Source of the DNA: Minisyncoccia bacterium
Lineage (GTDB): Bacteria > Patescibacteriota > Minisyncoccia > Phycocordibacterales > UBA918
Assembly: GCA_041738755.1 (NCBI GenBank)
Contig: JBGSPE010000011.1
Span: forward strand, 6,658-70,657
DNA length: 64,000 nt
Direction of reading: 5' to 3'
The position numbers and the translations under genes are program-made. Of the stretch, positions 38,950 through 49,353 are shown one piece after another (position 1 is the stretch's first letter; each line of letters begins with the position of its first letter). Under the pieces are notes generated by a model. That model was not told the DNA's origin. It saw nothing but the letters and a program-made list of their open reading frames with translations, and ran no database searches.

Positions 38950-40632
38950 CTACATCCGCTCTGGAGCCTTGATACCAAGCGTCCACAATCCATTTTTAAG
39001 TGTAGTGCCAACGAGCTTAGTGACAGCTGCCTTATATGGTGCGTACTTGTCATTACTATCAGCAATTTTCTCTACTGCATAGAAGCTATTGAACGCTCCA
39101 GCCAATTCTGTTAGATAGGTCGCCACTTTGTGTGGGGCACGTTCAGTCAACGCATTTTCAACTACACTTGGGAATCGTAATACGAGTTTTTCTACCTCGT
39201 ACGCGGTAGAAGGTATCGTGGTGAGATCTGGATATACCAAAGCGGCTGCAGCTTTTTCAAGTACTGAATTAATTCTTGCATACGTATACTGTAAGTACGG
39301 ACCTGAATCACCTTCAAATGAGAGGGCTTGGTCCTTATCAAAAATACTATCTTGCAAAATACTACCGCGAAGCGTCGAATACTTAATTGCAGCAATCGCC
39401 ACCGCTTCAGCCACTTCGTTGTCAACTACGGTTCCACTTTCTTTCATTTTTTCTTCAGCTGCTTGTTTCACTTCAGTGATAAAATCAATCGCCGAAATCA
39501 CATCTCCGGTGCGAGAGGACATTTTTCCGGTCGTTAACCGAACCATGCCGTGTCCAATATGTTCTGTTTTTGGAGCCAAGTCGGGGTACACTTCTTTCAT
39601 CGCACATAAAAGCACCTTGAAATATTCATTGATTTCATTGGCGGTTGAAATGATGGAGAGATCATATCCGCCAAACCGCTCAGCTTTTAGTTTTGCAAGA
39701 GCTAGTTCTTTGGCTTCGTAGGTAGGAAGTACTTCTTTATTTAGAAATACACGGGTATGAAGTCCGCGGGCTTCCCCATCAAAAATTCGAGCACCATCGC
39801 TTTCTGGAAAAATGTCTGGGTTATCAAGAACTAATGCTTTTCCATGTGGGCCTGCTTCACTTTCAAAAAAGTACTCATCAAACTGCGTATCAACCATTGC
39901 GTAGATGGTTTCAAAATATTGTAACGAGACGGTACGCCCTAAGTCATACAATTCATTAATAATTTCGTCTTCTCGGCTATAGACTTTTTTGTTGATTTCA
40001 CGAATAGCGAGAGCTGCTGACTCATCTGCTTTGTAGGTAGTGGCACCAAGCGCGTACGCTTGACCCAATGTTTTTGGAGTGATGGTATCGGAAGTGAGAC
40101 CAAGCTGTTGTATTCCCCACAGCGCGTGAGCTACGTGCAAGCCAACATCACCTTGGTAATTAACCCTGAAGGTTTCAGCCCCATTCATCATAAACAAGCG
40201 GGCAATACTCTCTCCTACCGCATTGGTAAATAGGTGTCCAATGTGAAATTCTTTAAACGGATTCGGATCAGTGTATTCAACCAAAACTTTTTTACCACTC
40301 CATGATTCATTGCTCCCGAATCGGGGGTGGGTCAATGACTCTTGTAATTGTTCTGTATGATACTCACGATTCAGAGTAAAATTAATGAACCCTGGACCAG
40401 CGACGATAACGCTTGCTAGTTGCGGTAACTGTTTTGCTTTCAGTAACTCTACAATTTCTTCAGCGACTACTTTTGGTGCCAGACCTCGCTTGCCGGCAAG
40501 AACCATCGCTACGTTTGTAAAATAGTCCGCTTCGGTATTTTTATCAGTCGGATAATCGACCACAAACGAAACTCCCTCGTGTCCTTGGGCAGCTAGAATT
40601 TCTTTTAACGCGAACGTTAGTGTCTCTTTCAT
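38950..40632 (-). CDS. argS: arginyl-tRNA synthetase
   Basis: GPGFINF, PNPFKEFHIGH, KMSSRTG, GPYLQYTYAR, GI.APERM. Confidence 0.97.
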   Translation of the reverse strand: MKETLTFALKEILAAQGHEGVSFVVDYPTDKNTEADYFTNVAMVLAGKRGLAPKVVAEEIVELLKAKQLPQLASVIVAGPGFINFTLNREYHTEQLQESLTHPRFGSNESWSGKKVLVEYTDPNPFKEFHIGHLFTNAVGESIARLFMMNGAETFRVNYQGDVGLHVAHALWGIQQLGLTSDTITPKTLGQAYALGATTYKADESAALAIREINKKVYSREDEIINELYDLGRTVSLQYFETIYAMVDTQFDEYFFESEAGPHGKALVLDNPDIFPESDGARIFDGEARGLHTRVFLNKEVLPTYEAKELALAKLKAERFGGYDLSIISTANEINEYFKVLLCAMKEVYPDLAPKTEHIGHGMVRLTTGKMSSRTGDVISAIDFITEVKQAAEEKMKESGTVVDNEVAEAVAIAAIKYSTLRGSILQDSIFDKDQALSFEGDSGPYLQYTYARINSVLEKAAAALVYPDLTTIPSTAYEVEKLVLRFPSVVENALTERAPHKVATYLTELAGAFNSFYAVEKIADSNDKYAPYKAAVTKLVGTTLKNGLWTLGIKAPERM

Positions 40633-40650
40633 TGCTCGTACAATACCCAA

Positions 40651-41730
40651 TTACTCCACTCTTGTCACGAGATTGGCTGGGCGACCATCTTTGATAATGA
40701 AGGTGCGTTGACCAAGCACCTGTCCGCGCCTCGTTTCTACACTACATCGCCAAGTACCGGGGAAATAACTTTCAATAAAGGTAAAGCCACCGTAGCCATT
40801 GCGATTGGCACCAGAAATTTGATAGCCAATCAGAGCATGTGGTTGCCAGTCACCGTTTGCGTCTTGCTTCTCCCAACGATGGAAAATCTCGGTTTGTAGT
40901 CGAACCGGAGCAAACACCCGAGCAAAGCAAGCCACCTGTCCTTGGGTCGGATTAATCATTGATGTCATATACGGTAACTGCCTCCATGACTCCTGTGTTT
41001 CTACTACGATACGATAGCTATTTTCGAGACGAACAACTGAGTGGGCAATTTCTAGTTGGGTCAGCGATAGAGGAATAGGTGGAATAATGCCAAGAAAATA
41101 AAACGTGTTGAGGGTGATGTAGATGGTGCCAAGACTGAGGATAATTCGCCGTATATTTGCTCGCATAAAATTCGGAACAATCCGGTGCAAGAGCTGGATA
41201 ACAATCGTCACAAAAATAAGTGCCACGAGACCACTCAAGACAAACATGAGGTCGCCCATACTGCCCAGCAGAACAGGTAGTAGTAGGACCAAGTATGAAA
41301 ATACCCCAATGAAATACACGATTACGTGATACAGCAGTCGGTCAGATCGTTTTTGTATAAACTCATTTGCTAAAATAACTGCAATGATAAGGAGCAAAAA
41401 TGGTGAGCTCGAAAACCAGTCACCACTCCGACCATAAAAAATGAGCATTCCCGAAAGGAGACCACCAAATGAATATTGCATCACACTCGGCATGAACCGA
41501 ATAAAAAATCGATTCATGAACCCGGGCGTTTTTTGGGCAACACCGACGTAAAACAAGAGGAGTGAGAAGGTGGCCAAGAGCGCGTAGGCAAGGAGAATGA
41601 GATTATCAAAGAGGTCATCGACCCGATTGAGCAAAATAACGTCAGTCGCAAACCCTAAAAAGAACCACATAGTTAACCACCGTCGTTTGATAGCGGACCA
41701 CAACTTTTTAAACCCTGATGGTTCTTGCAT
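40651..41730 (-). CDS. membrane protein with C-terminal DUF2914-like domain
   Basis: Multiple TMs, IPPIPLSL, VFAP..L...I.H.W, G.WRCSVET..GQVLG. Confidence 0.75.
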   Translation of the reverse strand: MQEPSGFKKLWSAIKRRWLTMWFFLGFATDVILLNRVDDLFDNLILLAYALLATFSLLLFYVGVAQKTPGFMNRFFIRFMPSVMQYSFGGLLSGMLIFYGRSGDWFSSSPFLLLIIAVILANEFIQKRSDRLLYHVIVYFIGVFSYLVLLLPVLLGSMGDLMFVLSGLVALIFVTIVIQLLHRIVPNFMRANIRRIILSLGTIYITLNTFYFLGIIPPIPLSLTQLEIAHSVVRLENSYRIVVETQESWRQLPYMTSMINPTQGQVACFARVFAPVRLQTEIFHRWEKQDANGDWQPHALIGYQISGANRNGYGGFTFIESYFPGTWRCSVETRRGQVLGQRTFIIKDGRPANLVTRVE

Positions 41731-41812
41731 GCTGTAATCATAACAGACAAACAAAAAGCCGCCGCAATTTCCCAGAGGGAAATTGCGGCGGCAGATAACG
41801 GTATCGGTACCC

Positions 41813-42622
41813 TTATCCAAACATCTGATAGGTCTCTTTTGCCTTATGAACTCGAAAGCCTGGTGTTTCGGCTTGGATAAACTGCACCATAGCGAGCCGT
41901 GGCTTACCTGGTACCGTCGTGGAGCAATGCCATACTGGATGAAATTTGCGCCGACTGAGGAGCCATAGTTTCACTCCCCGAAACATAGCCACATGACCTT
42001 CCGGAATATTGACTGCTTGGTGCTGTTTTCCTTTCTCATGTTTGCATGTCATGAGCTGACCACCCTCATCACCAAAGTGCACACTAAAGAGGCTGCGGTC
42101 AATATGCGTCCGTGCACCAGTCTGACCTTCGACCGGTGGATAATAGAGACCTCGTAATGTAGTCGTCTCATAGGGTTGCTCTGGCTTAGCAGCCTGACGA
42201 ACCACTTCCTCAAGACTTCTGGTAAAATGTCGCCCATGTCCTTCATCAATAACCCGGGCTATGTTTACTGCTAAGGTATTCACCTCATCGTATAGTCGTC
42301 GCAAGACGTGCATGTGTGGCTTAACCAAGTCAGCCAGTTCGGGAGATTTCTGAATCAGGTGAAGTCCTAAATCAGACGCAAAGTGGAAGAAGACTTTGAA
42401 ATCCGCTCCCTGCTTACCATCTCGAGATATCAGACCCAAATCCGCTTCTATTTCTCCATGACGGGTAAACTTTGCCACCCCAAACTCACGAAACATCTCC
42501 ATGAGTGTGCGGTAGGCATTTTTTGCTTCAGCAATCAGCCCTGCGTCGAATGGTATATACGTGACGGGGTGATGGAGTAATTCACTAGCTTTGTGGCGCA
42601 TGTCATATGGCGCTGAATTCAT
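41813..42622 (-). CDS. 2-oxoglutarate/Fe(II) oxygenase (IPNS-like fold)
   Basis: LRGLYYPP, HxD (HID), distal H and R (WHC......PR). Confidence 0.8.
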   Translation of the reverse strand: MNSAPYDMRHKASELLHHPVTYIPFDAGLIAEAKNAYRTLMEMFREFGVAKFTRHGEIEADLGLISRDGKQGADFKVFFHFASDLGLHLIQKSPELADLVKPHMHVLRRLYDEVNTLAVNIARVIDEGHGRHFTRSLEEVVRQAAKPEQPYETTTLRGLYYPPVEGQTGARTHIDRSLFSVHFGDEGGQLMTCKHEKGKQHQAVNIPEGHVAMFRGVKLWLLSRRKFHPVWHCSTTVPGKPRLAMVQFIQAETPGFRVHKAKETYQMFG

Positions 42623-42745
42623 AATCCCCTCCTCTCAAGGTTCATTCCTATCCAGTGAGCAGTATACGAACATCCTTTGAGAAAGTCTAATATAAAAAAT
42701 ACCGGCCAGAAACCTGTGGTTTCTGGCCGGTATTTACTTCTTCTA

Positions 42746-44014
42746 CTACACAAATCGTTCCGGAACGGGAAACGCTTCGCAGAGTGTCTGTACTTCCTTT
42801 TGAATTTTCGCCTTTGCTTCAATATCATCCTTGGCTCGCATGGTCGCTATCATGAGTTCAGCGAGCTTTGTTGCCTCAGCTTCCTTCATACCTCTTGTTG
42901 TCATGGCTGGGGTACCAAAGCGAATACCTGATGGGTCCATCGCTGTGCGTGGCTCATCAGCAATCATATTTTTATTAAGCGTAATCCCAACTTCATCGAG
43001 CACAGCTTCAGCTTCCTTCCCTGTGATACCGAGAGAGCCAAATACGTCAGCCAAGAGCAGGTGATTATCTGTCCCACCGCAGAGGAGTCTAATGTTTTCT
43101 TTTTTAAAGACCACTTCCATGGCCTTAGCGTTTTTCAAAATTTGCGCGGCATAGTCCTTGAAGTTTGGGTGGAGCGCTTCTTGGAATGCGACAGCCTTGG
43201 CCGCAATCACATTCATGTGAGGGCCGCCTTGCATGCCAGGGAACACAGCTTTATCAATTCGCTTAGCGAGCTCGGCGTCTTCTCGCACCACAATCATGCC
43301 ACCTCGTGGACCACGCAGTGACTTGTGCGTAGTCATCGTCATCACATCAAACCCAAAATCAAACGGATTCTTAAGTACGCCACCAGCAATCAATCCTGTA
43401 ATGTGCGCAATGTCAGCCACTGTGTACGCACCTACCTCCTTTGCGATTTCTACAAACTTGGCGTAGTCGAGTTCTCGACTATAGGCTGAGAAACCAGCGA
43501 GAATAATCTTTGGTTTATGCTCAAGAGCCATCTGACGTAAATGATCGTAATCAATCTCCCCCGTATCAACGTCCTTCATTTTATAGCGAACAAAGTTGAA
43601 GACTTTGTTAATGGCAGTCGTAGGATGACCATGGGTGAGGTGTCCGCCATGTGAGAGATCCATTCCTAAGACGGTATCGCCTGGCTCCATAAGTGCGAAA
43701 TACATGGCGACATTTGCCGCCGCTCCACCAAGCGGTTGGACATTAGCATACTTAGCTTTGAACAATTCTTTAGCTCGCTCAATGGCAAGTGTTTCAATCA
43801 CATCCGTGAACTGTTGACCGCCGTAGTAGCGCTTGCCTGGGTAGCCTTCTGAGTATTTGTTGGTAAAGACAGAACCATTAGCTTCGCGCACGGCTTTACT
43901 GGCGTAGTTTTCACTGGGGATGAGTTCAATCCCTCTTCGTTCCCGCTCCTCTTCCCCGATAAGAGCGTTGTAGATAGCTTCGTCTTGGTCTTTGATGTAA
44001 GTATATTCGTTCAT
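42746..44014 (-). CDS. glyA: serine hydroxymethyltransferase
   Basis: LIPSEN, EGYPGKRYYGG, GGHLTHG, TTHKSLRGPRGG. Confidence 0.99.
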   Translation of the reverse strand: MNEYTYIKDQDEAIYNALIGEEERERRGIELIPSENYASKAVREANGSVFTNKYSEGYPGKRYYGGQQFTDVIETLAIERAKELFKAKYANVQPLGGAAANVAMYFALMEPGDTVLGMDLSHGGHLTHGHPTTAINKVFNFVRYKMKDVDTGEIDYDHLRQMALEHKPKIILAGFSAYSRELDYAKFVEIAKEVGAYTVADIAHITGLIAGGVLKNPFDFGFDVMTMTTHKSLRGPRGGMIVVREDAELAKRIDKAVFPGMQGGPHMNVIAAKAVAFQEALHPNFKDYAAQILKNAKAMEVVFKKENIRLLCGGTDNHLLLADVFGSLGITGKEAEAVLDEVGITLNKNMIADEPRTAMDPSGIRFGTPAMTTRGMKEAEATKLAELMIATMRAKDDIEAKAKIQKEVQTLCEAFPVPERFV

Positions 44015-44145
44015 AGATAAAAAGTTAGTGTAGGTAAAATCAGAGATGAACGAAGCGCTTAGATCATGATAGATAATAGTTAGTGATATAAGTATATCAT
44101 AAAAAAGGAAAGACCGGTCGCAGGCGACCGGTCTTTTACCTTACG

Positions 44146-44541
44146 TTAACTGATTAGAATTTCAGCCATCATAAGTAATTGGTACATACCGAAAGCGTAC
44201 CAGACTTTGTGTTTATCTTTGATTGATTTTGCAAATGACCCAAGAACGCTACCAAAAATTGCACCATACGTGGTAACAATTAATACAAGAGAGACAAGTG
44301 GTAACCATCGAATATTCTCAATGATGAGAAATCCGGCGACGGAACCAGAGAACGCTGAGATGAGAGAAAGTCCAACAAGGCTACAAAGAAGACAGAAGGG
44401 AGTAATTATCCCAATAAGCATACTGGGCAGCCAGTGAATGTGAAATATGTTGTACTTGTATGCAACCAACCAGTACCAAAACATCAGCAGCACCATGACT
44501 CCCACAGCAGAAACAGACGCATTCTGAATAATAAATTGCAT
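44146..44541 (-). CDS. hypothetical membrane protein
   Basis: 131 aa, four hydrophobic segments, SD AGGGGG. Confidence 0.55.
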   Translation of the reverse strand: MQFIIQNASVSAVGVMVLLMFWYWLVAYKYNIFHIHWLPSMLIGIITPFCLLCSLVGLSLISAFSGSVAGFLIIENIRWLPLVSLVLIVTTYGAIFGSVLGSFAKSIKDKHKVWYAFGMYQLLMMAEILIS

Positions 44542-44645
44542 TATTGCCCCCTATAACAAACTCATGAAAATATAAAGTAATTCTAAAAAAAGTAAAGAGC
44601 GGCGCCTTTGGCCCGCTCTTTACTACGCTTGTAACTGCACAGCTG

Positions 44646-45626
44646 TTAAGAATTGGTCGGTCGATTGGCGTGGATGTCAGCATGAAAGCCCCCTACCACA
44701 GCCATCTCAGCTTTAATTGGTGGATGAGCTTCATAGTCATGAAGTGTGATGTGTTCTGGGCGGAACGATTCAAGTGACGTCACTTCATCACTAATAGTTA
44801 CCTTTGGAAACACAAATGGCGCTCTAGAAATTTGTTCTTTCGCTTGCTCAATGTGATTTTCATAAATGTGCACATCACCAAAGGTATGGACAAACTCTCC
44901 TGGTTCATAGCCCGTAATCTTGGCTAAAATCATCGTAAGGAGGGCGTAGCTTGCGATATTGAACGGCACGCCAAGGAAAATATCAGCTGAGCGTTGGTAG
45001 AGCTGGAGACAGAGCTTTCCTTGATTGATATTTACCTGGAACATATTGTGACAAATCGGAAACCGAGCCGCTTGTCCCGGGAGCGCCATCGCATAAAGGT
45101 ATTCTGGGTTCCAACTTGAAACAATTGCATTATGACAATTTGGGTCAGCTTTGATTTCGTCCACCACCCACTGCAACTGGTCTACCCCGCCACCATTTTT
45201 TCGTGGCCACTTGCGCCACATTTCTCCATAGATATGTGGGAGTTCACCATGGGTAGCGGCATAGTCATCATCGGTTTTGATTTTTTCGATAAACTCGTCT
45301 TTCGTGAGTTCTGGCCAGCCATTAGCTTCTCGTTTATCATTATAAATTCGCAGCGGGTAGTCGTTCCAGATATTGACGTTGTTATCAACCAAGTACTTGA
45401 TGTTGGTTTGCCCAGAGAGAAACCAATAGAGTTCGTGAAGCACACCTTTCCAGTACACCTTTTTCGTCGTCAAAAGTGGCAGCCCCTCCGAAAGGTCATA
45501 GCGCATTTGCTTACCAAAGAGGCTATGGGTCACATCTTTTGACTGGGCATCAACTTGCTTACTTCCCTTGTCTAAAATTTCTTGTACCAAATCAAGGTAT
45601 TGATACTCTGGATGTCTTTTTTCCAT
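44646..45626 (-). CDS. thyA: thymidylate synthase
   Basis: PLLTTKK, PICH, YQRSADIFLGVPFNIASY, GDVHIYENH. Confidence 0.98.
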   Translation of the reverse strand: MEKRHPEYQYLDLVQEILDKGSKQVDAQSKDVTHSLFGKQMRYDLSEGLPLLTTKKVYWKGVLHELYWFLSGQTNIKYLVDNNVNIWNDYPLRIYNDKREANGWPELTKDEFIEKIKTDDDYAATHGELPHIYGEMWRKWPRKNGGGVDQLQWVVDEIKADPNCHNAIVSSWNPEYLYAMALPGQAARFPICHNMFQVNINQGKLCLQLYQRSADIFLGVPFNIASYALLTMILAKITGYEPGEFVHTFGDVHIYENHIEQAKEQISRAPFVFPKVTISDEVTSLESFRPEHITLHDYEAHPPIKAEMAVVGGFHADIHANRPTNS

Positions 45627-45628
45627 GA

Positions 45629-46225
45629 TTATATTTTCTTTTTAGTACTAGTAATTTTTCGAACTGGCTTACCGGTTGGTTCAGCACCTTTCGGTGGGAC
45701 GTACCCAAGGAAGTTATTTTTGTGGTAACGACCGGTTTCTTGGTAGCTTTTTTTGGTGTGTGAGGAAAGTGTTGCAAACGAGAGCTGCGCGATTTCCATC
45801 CCGGGCCGCAACACAATCGGAACATTATTGAGATTACAGAGCTCCAGCGCGATATGGAGATAATGGCCTGGGTTTACAATACTAGCTGAATTGTGAACGA
45901 TGAGTCCGATACGGGCGAGGCTCGACTTTCCATTCACTTCAATTAAATACATATCTGAACCAAACTTTTCTTTTGAGTAGCCCAAGATACTGACGCCTGG
46001 ATGGAGAACAAACTCATCGCCATCTTTTATTTCGATTGTTCGCGTTGTAGGGAAAATTCCCTTCCCTGGGTCGATTGCTTTCGTGGAGTGAGCGTCATTA
46101 ATGATAAAGGTATTGCCTAACCGAATATCATAGGTGGCTGGCTGCAACCGCTTTGGATCGTACGGTTCAAGCGTAATCTCCCCTGCTTTCACCGCCGCAT
46201 GAATATCTTTGTCTGAGAGAAACAT
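45629..46225 (-). CDS. dcd: dCTP deaminase
   Basis: LSDKDI, QPATYD.RLG, GKSSLARIGL.VH, PG....LEL. Confidence 0.95.
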   Translation of the reverse strand: MFLSDKDIHAAVKAGEITLEPYDPKRLQPATYDIRLGNTFIINDAHSTKAIDPGKGIFPTTRTIEIKDGDEFVLHPGVSILGYSKEKFGSDMYLIEVNGKSSLARIGLIVHNSASIVNPGHYLHIALELCNLNNVPIVLRPGMEIAQLSFATLSSHTKKSYQETGRYHKNNFLGYVPPKGAEPTGKPVRKITSTKKKI

Positions 46226-46226
46226 A

Positions 46227-46901
46227 TTATTCAACTAAAAATACTTTGTCTGTTCCGTAATACTCAGGCCAGTTTTGATTGTAGTGATCGAACATCCGAG
46301 CTAGCCTAGCTTGGTCTAACTCAACCACTCCCAGTTCTTGCATGAGCTCGTCCAATTCTTGACGGACCGTATGAGCATCAGCTTCATTGTGAATAATTTT
46401 TTCAAACTCAGCGAGATACCCGTACCCTGCATTTTTATCGAGCGACACACTTGCTCCTTTGTATGAATACTCTTCTCGTTCGCGGGACCATTTAGCCTGG
46501 TACGTAAAACCAGCACCAAGGAGTAGTTCATCAAGTTCATCAAGGGTAACCGGTACAGCCTCTTCAAATTCCATTCGCTTCACGGTATTGGCACTGGTAC
46601 CTTCATCAATCGAAGCTTTGACTACAAGTAGCACCTCGTCATTGCGCTGTCGGCTGCGAATCGAAAACTCCGTACCGCGTTCAATCACGACCTGTAATTT
46701 AGCTTGCTGCTCTTCGTTCAACAGTTGTGCAACTGCTTCGTACAAAGCAGTCATCTCACCTCCTTCAAAGTAGTGATTCAACTGAACATTTGTTCCCAAA
46801 CACACACACTCCGGATCAAGTTCACACATCTTTACCTTTAATTGTTCTGCAGCATCAGCCTCTCCCAGGAGACTTTTAATTTCAATTTCAAAATGTGACA
46901 T
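46227..46901 (-). CDS. CYTH-domain protein
   Basis: EIEIK start motif, Q.N.YF, R.EFE, GYLAEFE. Confidence 0.8.
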   Translation of the reverse strand: MSHFEIEIKSLLGEADAAEQLKVKMCELDPECVCLGTNVQLNHYFEGGEMTALYEAVAQLLNEEQQAKLQVVIERGTEFSIRSRQRNDEVLLVVKASIDEGTSANTVKRMEFEEAVPVTLDELDELLLGAGFTYQAKWSREREEYSYKGASVSLDKNAGYGYLAEFEKIIHNEADAHTVRQELDELMQELGVVELDQARLARMFDHYNQNWPEYYGTDKVFLVE

Positions 46902-46974
46902 TACCTCTAGTATACCGTTTTGTATAAGAAGGCCAAAAAGACAAGTATCTCTGCATATGTCATAATCAAGACTT

Positions 46975-47502
46975 ATGGAATTACAGCCAACTAACACTGC
47001 CCCTTTAGTCGTTGTGGTCGCAATGAGTAGCGAACATCAGGCAATTGGTAATAAAAATGGATTACTCTGGCACCTCCCGGCCGACCTAAAACACTTCAAG
47101 CAATTGACGCTTGGCCACCCTATCATCATGGGTCGCAAGACGTTTGAGTCGATTATAGACATTCTTGGCAAGCCACTACCAGGACGAAGTAATATTGTTA
47201 TCACGAGAGACACTGCGTACCAATACGAGGGTGCTACGGTAGCCCATTCGCTAGCAGAGGCAGTTGAAATCGCACGTAAAGAAGATCCCAGCGAAATCCA
47301 CATTGGCGGCGGGGCTGAAATCTACAGACAAGTACTGCCGATGCTCGACCGATTACATGTGACATGGGTCTTTGATGAACCAGAAGCAGATACCTTTTTC
47401 CCACCATTTAGAGACGACTTTGAAGTAGCTGGTCAAAGTGATACACAGACACACGAAGGAATTACCTTCCAGTGGGTCGACTACGTCAGGAAGCGGTCGT
47501 AA
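46975..47502 (+). CDS. folA: dihydrofolate reductase
   Basis: IG..N.L.WHLPADLKHFK, MGRKTFES, PLPGR.NIV, IGGGAEIY, DTFFP. Confidence 0.98.
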   Translation: MELQPTNTAPLVVVVAMSSEHQAIGNKNGLLWHLPADLKHFKQLTLGHPIIMGRKTFESIIDILGKPLPGRSNIVITRDTAYQYEGATVAHSLAEAVEIARKEDPSEIHIGGGAEIYRQVLPMLDRLHVTWVFDEPEADTFFPPFRDDFEVAGQSDTQTHEGITFQWVDYVRKRS

Positions 47503-48191
47503 AGCACCCGAAACGTATCTTGCTCTGGCTTCACAAATAGCTCATCTTTAGTGAGTGTCTCGGTAAAGGTAAGGTTCGGCGTATCTCGGACAACCACGAG
47601 TGGTGTAGATTCATTCGTTTCTCCCATTGCGAGCGTTGCTCCGGCCGCAATTGCATCAACGATATTTGTCACCTCGACTTTAAACGGTCGGCCAAATAAG
47701 TCAGGTTTCCCCACATGACTGACTGTCGGTTCAAATCCCCACCAACCAATCGCAATGCCAAGTGCACCGCGCCTCAGTGGCGTTGAGTGACTGTCGACAA
47801 TCACCACTCCGATGTCTTTTCGCCCACTTCGTTTTACAAAATACTCGTACCACTCTTTGGCACTCACAAAGGGATTGTCTGGAAGGGTGATGTAATATCC
47901 ATCACCATTACTCTCATCTACTCCAGCGTTTCCAATAAATGCGTTGTGCTTGATAGTGAGCGGCGACGGCCAGTAGGTGCGCTCAATACTGACTTCAGCT
48001 TCTTCAGCTACCAGCTGCTTTTTATCAACCTCCCCCACTGGTACACAGTTCCCTTCATGAATCGCCACCACCTTTGAAGAAAGCACGATAATATCTCCGC
48101 TCTTAAGCGGTAGCTCAACTTCATCAAGAGCCACTCCTAAGTCGTCTTTAGGTGGCATAAGCGTTCTTAGCCTGACCGGAAAATATTCCAT
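47481..48191 (-). CDS. CofE-like (F420-0:gamma-glutamyl ligase family) putative folate glutamate ligase
   Basis: GDI.V.SSKVV, AGVDESN, DS...PLRRG, DLFGR, MGE..ESTP. Confidence 0.88.
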   Translation of the reverse strand: MEYFPVRLRTLMPPKDDLGVALDEVELPLKSGDIIVLSSKVVAIHEGNCVPVGEVDKKQLVAEEAEVSIERTYWPSPLTIKHNAFIGNAGVDESNGDGYYITLPDNPFVSAKEWYEYFVKRSGRKDIGVVIVDSHSTPLRRGALGIAIGWWGFEPTVSHVGKPDLFGRPFKVEVTNIVDAIAAGATLAMGETNESTPLVVVRDTPNLTFTETLTKDELFVKPEQDTFRVLYDRFLT

Positions 48192-48271
48192 TAGTTGCTA
48201 CTATACTGCTTTTTAGAAATAAAAAAACCAGGAGCACGAGACTCCTGGCAATGGTCAATCTGACACTGTGG

Positions 48272-48727
48272 TTATAGTTTTGACGGGCGCTTATCATACT
48301 CCTTCAGCTGTTCGAGTAAAGGGTGATCTTTAATCTGCATACACAGTAGACCCGTAAGATTCACAATCTCAAGATTAAGCAAAGTGCTGTTTGCCCAAAA
48401 GGATAAATCGAAAATTATCGGATGCCACTGAATATGTTTGTTTTGGAAAATTTTTCCAACCTGGACGTATTCACGAGTACAGAATGTGAATACCTTATGA
48501 AAGACATCCATAGCCTCAGTCTTAAAACAGTGATTCTTCTGATGGATTTGTTGCTCGCCTTGCAAGACGTACGTAGCATCGCTGAACTGAACGATAAGGA
48601 CTAGCCGGCGATTCAGTGTGGGTTTATCTTCATTTGATTGTTTGTCTTCCGGTCGGAATATTTTTGCGACCCGCTTCAGAGTGGTTCTTACCATTACTTT
48701 CGTCTCCGTAAAATGATTTTTGTGCAA
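48272..48727 (-). CDS. hypothetical protein
   Basis: 151-aa ORF between hairpins, no motif recognised. Confidence 0.45.
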   Translation of the reverse strand: MHKNHFTETKVMVRTTLKRVAKIFRPEDKQSNEDKPTLNRRLVLIVQFSDATYVLQGEQQIHQKNHCFKTEAMDVFHKVFTFCTREYVQVGKIFQNKHIQWHPIIFDLSFWANSTLLNLEIVNLTGLLCMQIKDHPLLEQLKEYDKRPSKL

Positions 48728-48927
48728 TTCCTGGTCTTAGGACGCACAGAACAATTTTTTCTTACAAAACCCTTTGATTAAGACACAAAACCGCCCTTCC
48801 GGGCGGTTTTGTGTAGGTCATTTGTATAGGTAGTTAATCAACAACCTTTACTCCTTACAGGAGCAGTACACCTTATCGCCACTTTGCTCCAGGTATTCGC
48901 AAAGTTACTGGCAAGGTCCGTAAAAGC

Positions 48928-49353
48928 TTACTCAATCACTTTTACGCCCATAGACCGACAGGTTCCTTCAACTGTCTTCATAGCTGCTTCAATTGAAGCG
49001 GCATTAAGGTCTGGCATTTTTGTCTCAGCCACTTCCCGTATTTGGGCCTTGGTGATAGTTCCAACGGTAGAAACCTTGTTCTTAGATGCACCCTTGTCCT
49101 TGCCAATCTTCTTAAGGATGAGTCGTGACATTGGAGATACCTTAACGACGAAGTCAAAACTTCGGTCATCGTAGACATTGATGATAACTGGTACCACATC
49201 CCCCATTCGGTCTCGAGTTTGTTCGTTGAATTGATTTACGAACTCTCCGATATTGATACCAGCTTGTCCAAGTACCGGTCCAAGTGGTGGAGCTGGTGTA
49301 GCCTTACCTCCCACTGCTTGTACTTTAATTTGTTTGGTTAGTTTCTTTGCCAT
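48928..49353 (-). CDS. rplK: 50S ribosomal protein L11
   Basis: GGKATPAPPLGPVLGQ, KMPDLNA, GTCRSMG. Confidence 0.99.
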   Translation of the reverse strand: MAKKLTKQIKVQAVGGKATPAPPLGPVLGQAGINIGEFVNQFNEQTRDRMGDVVPVIINVYDDRSFDFVVKVSPMSRLILKKIGKDKGASKNKVSTVGTITKAQIREVAETKMPDLNAASIEAAMKTVEGTCRSMGVKVIE

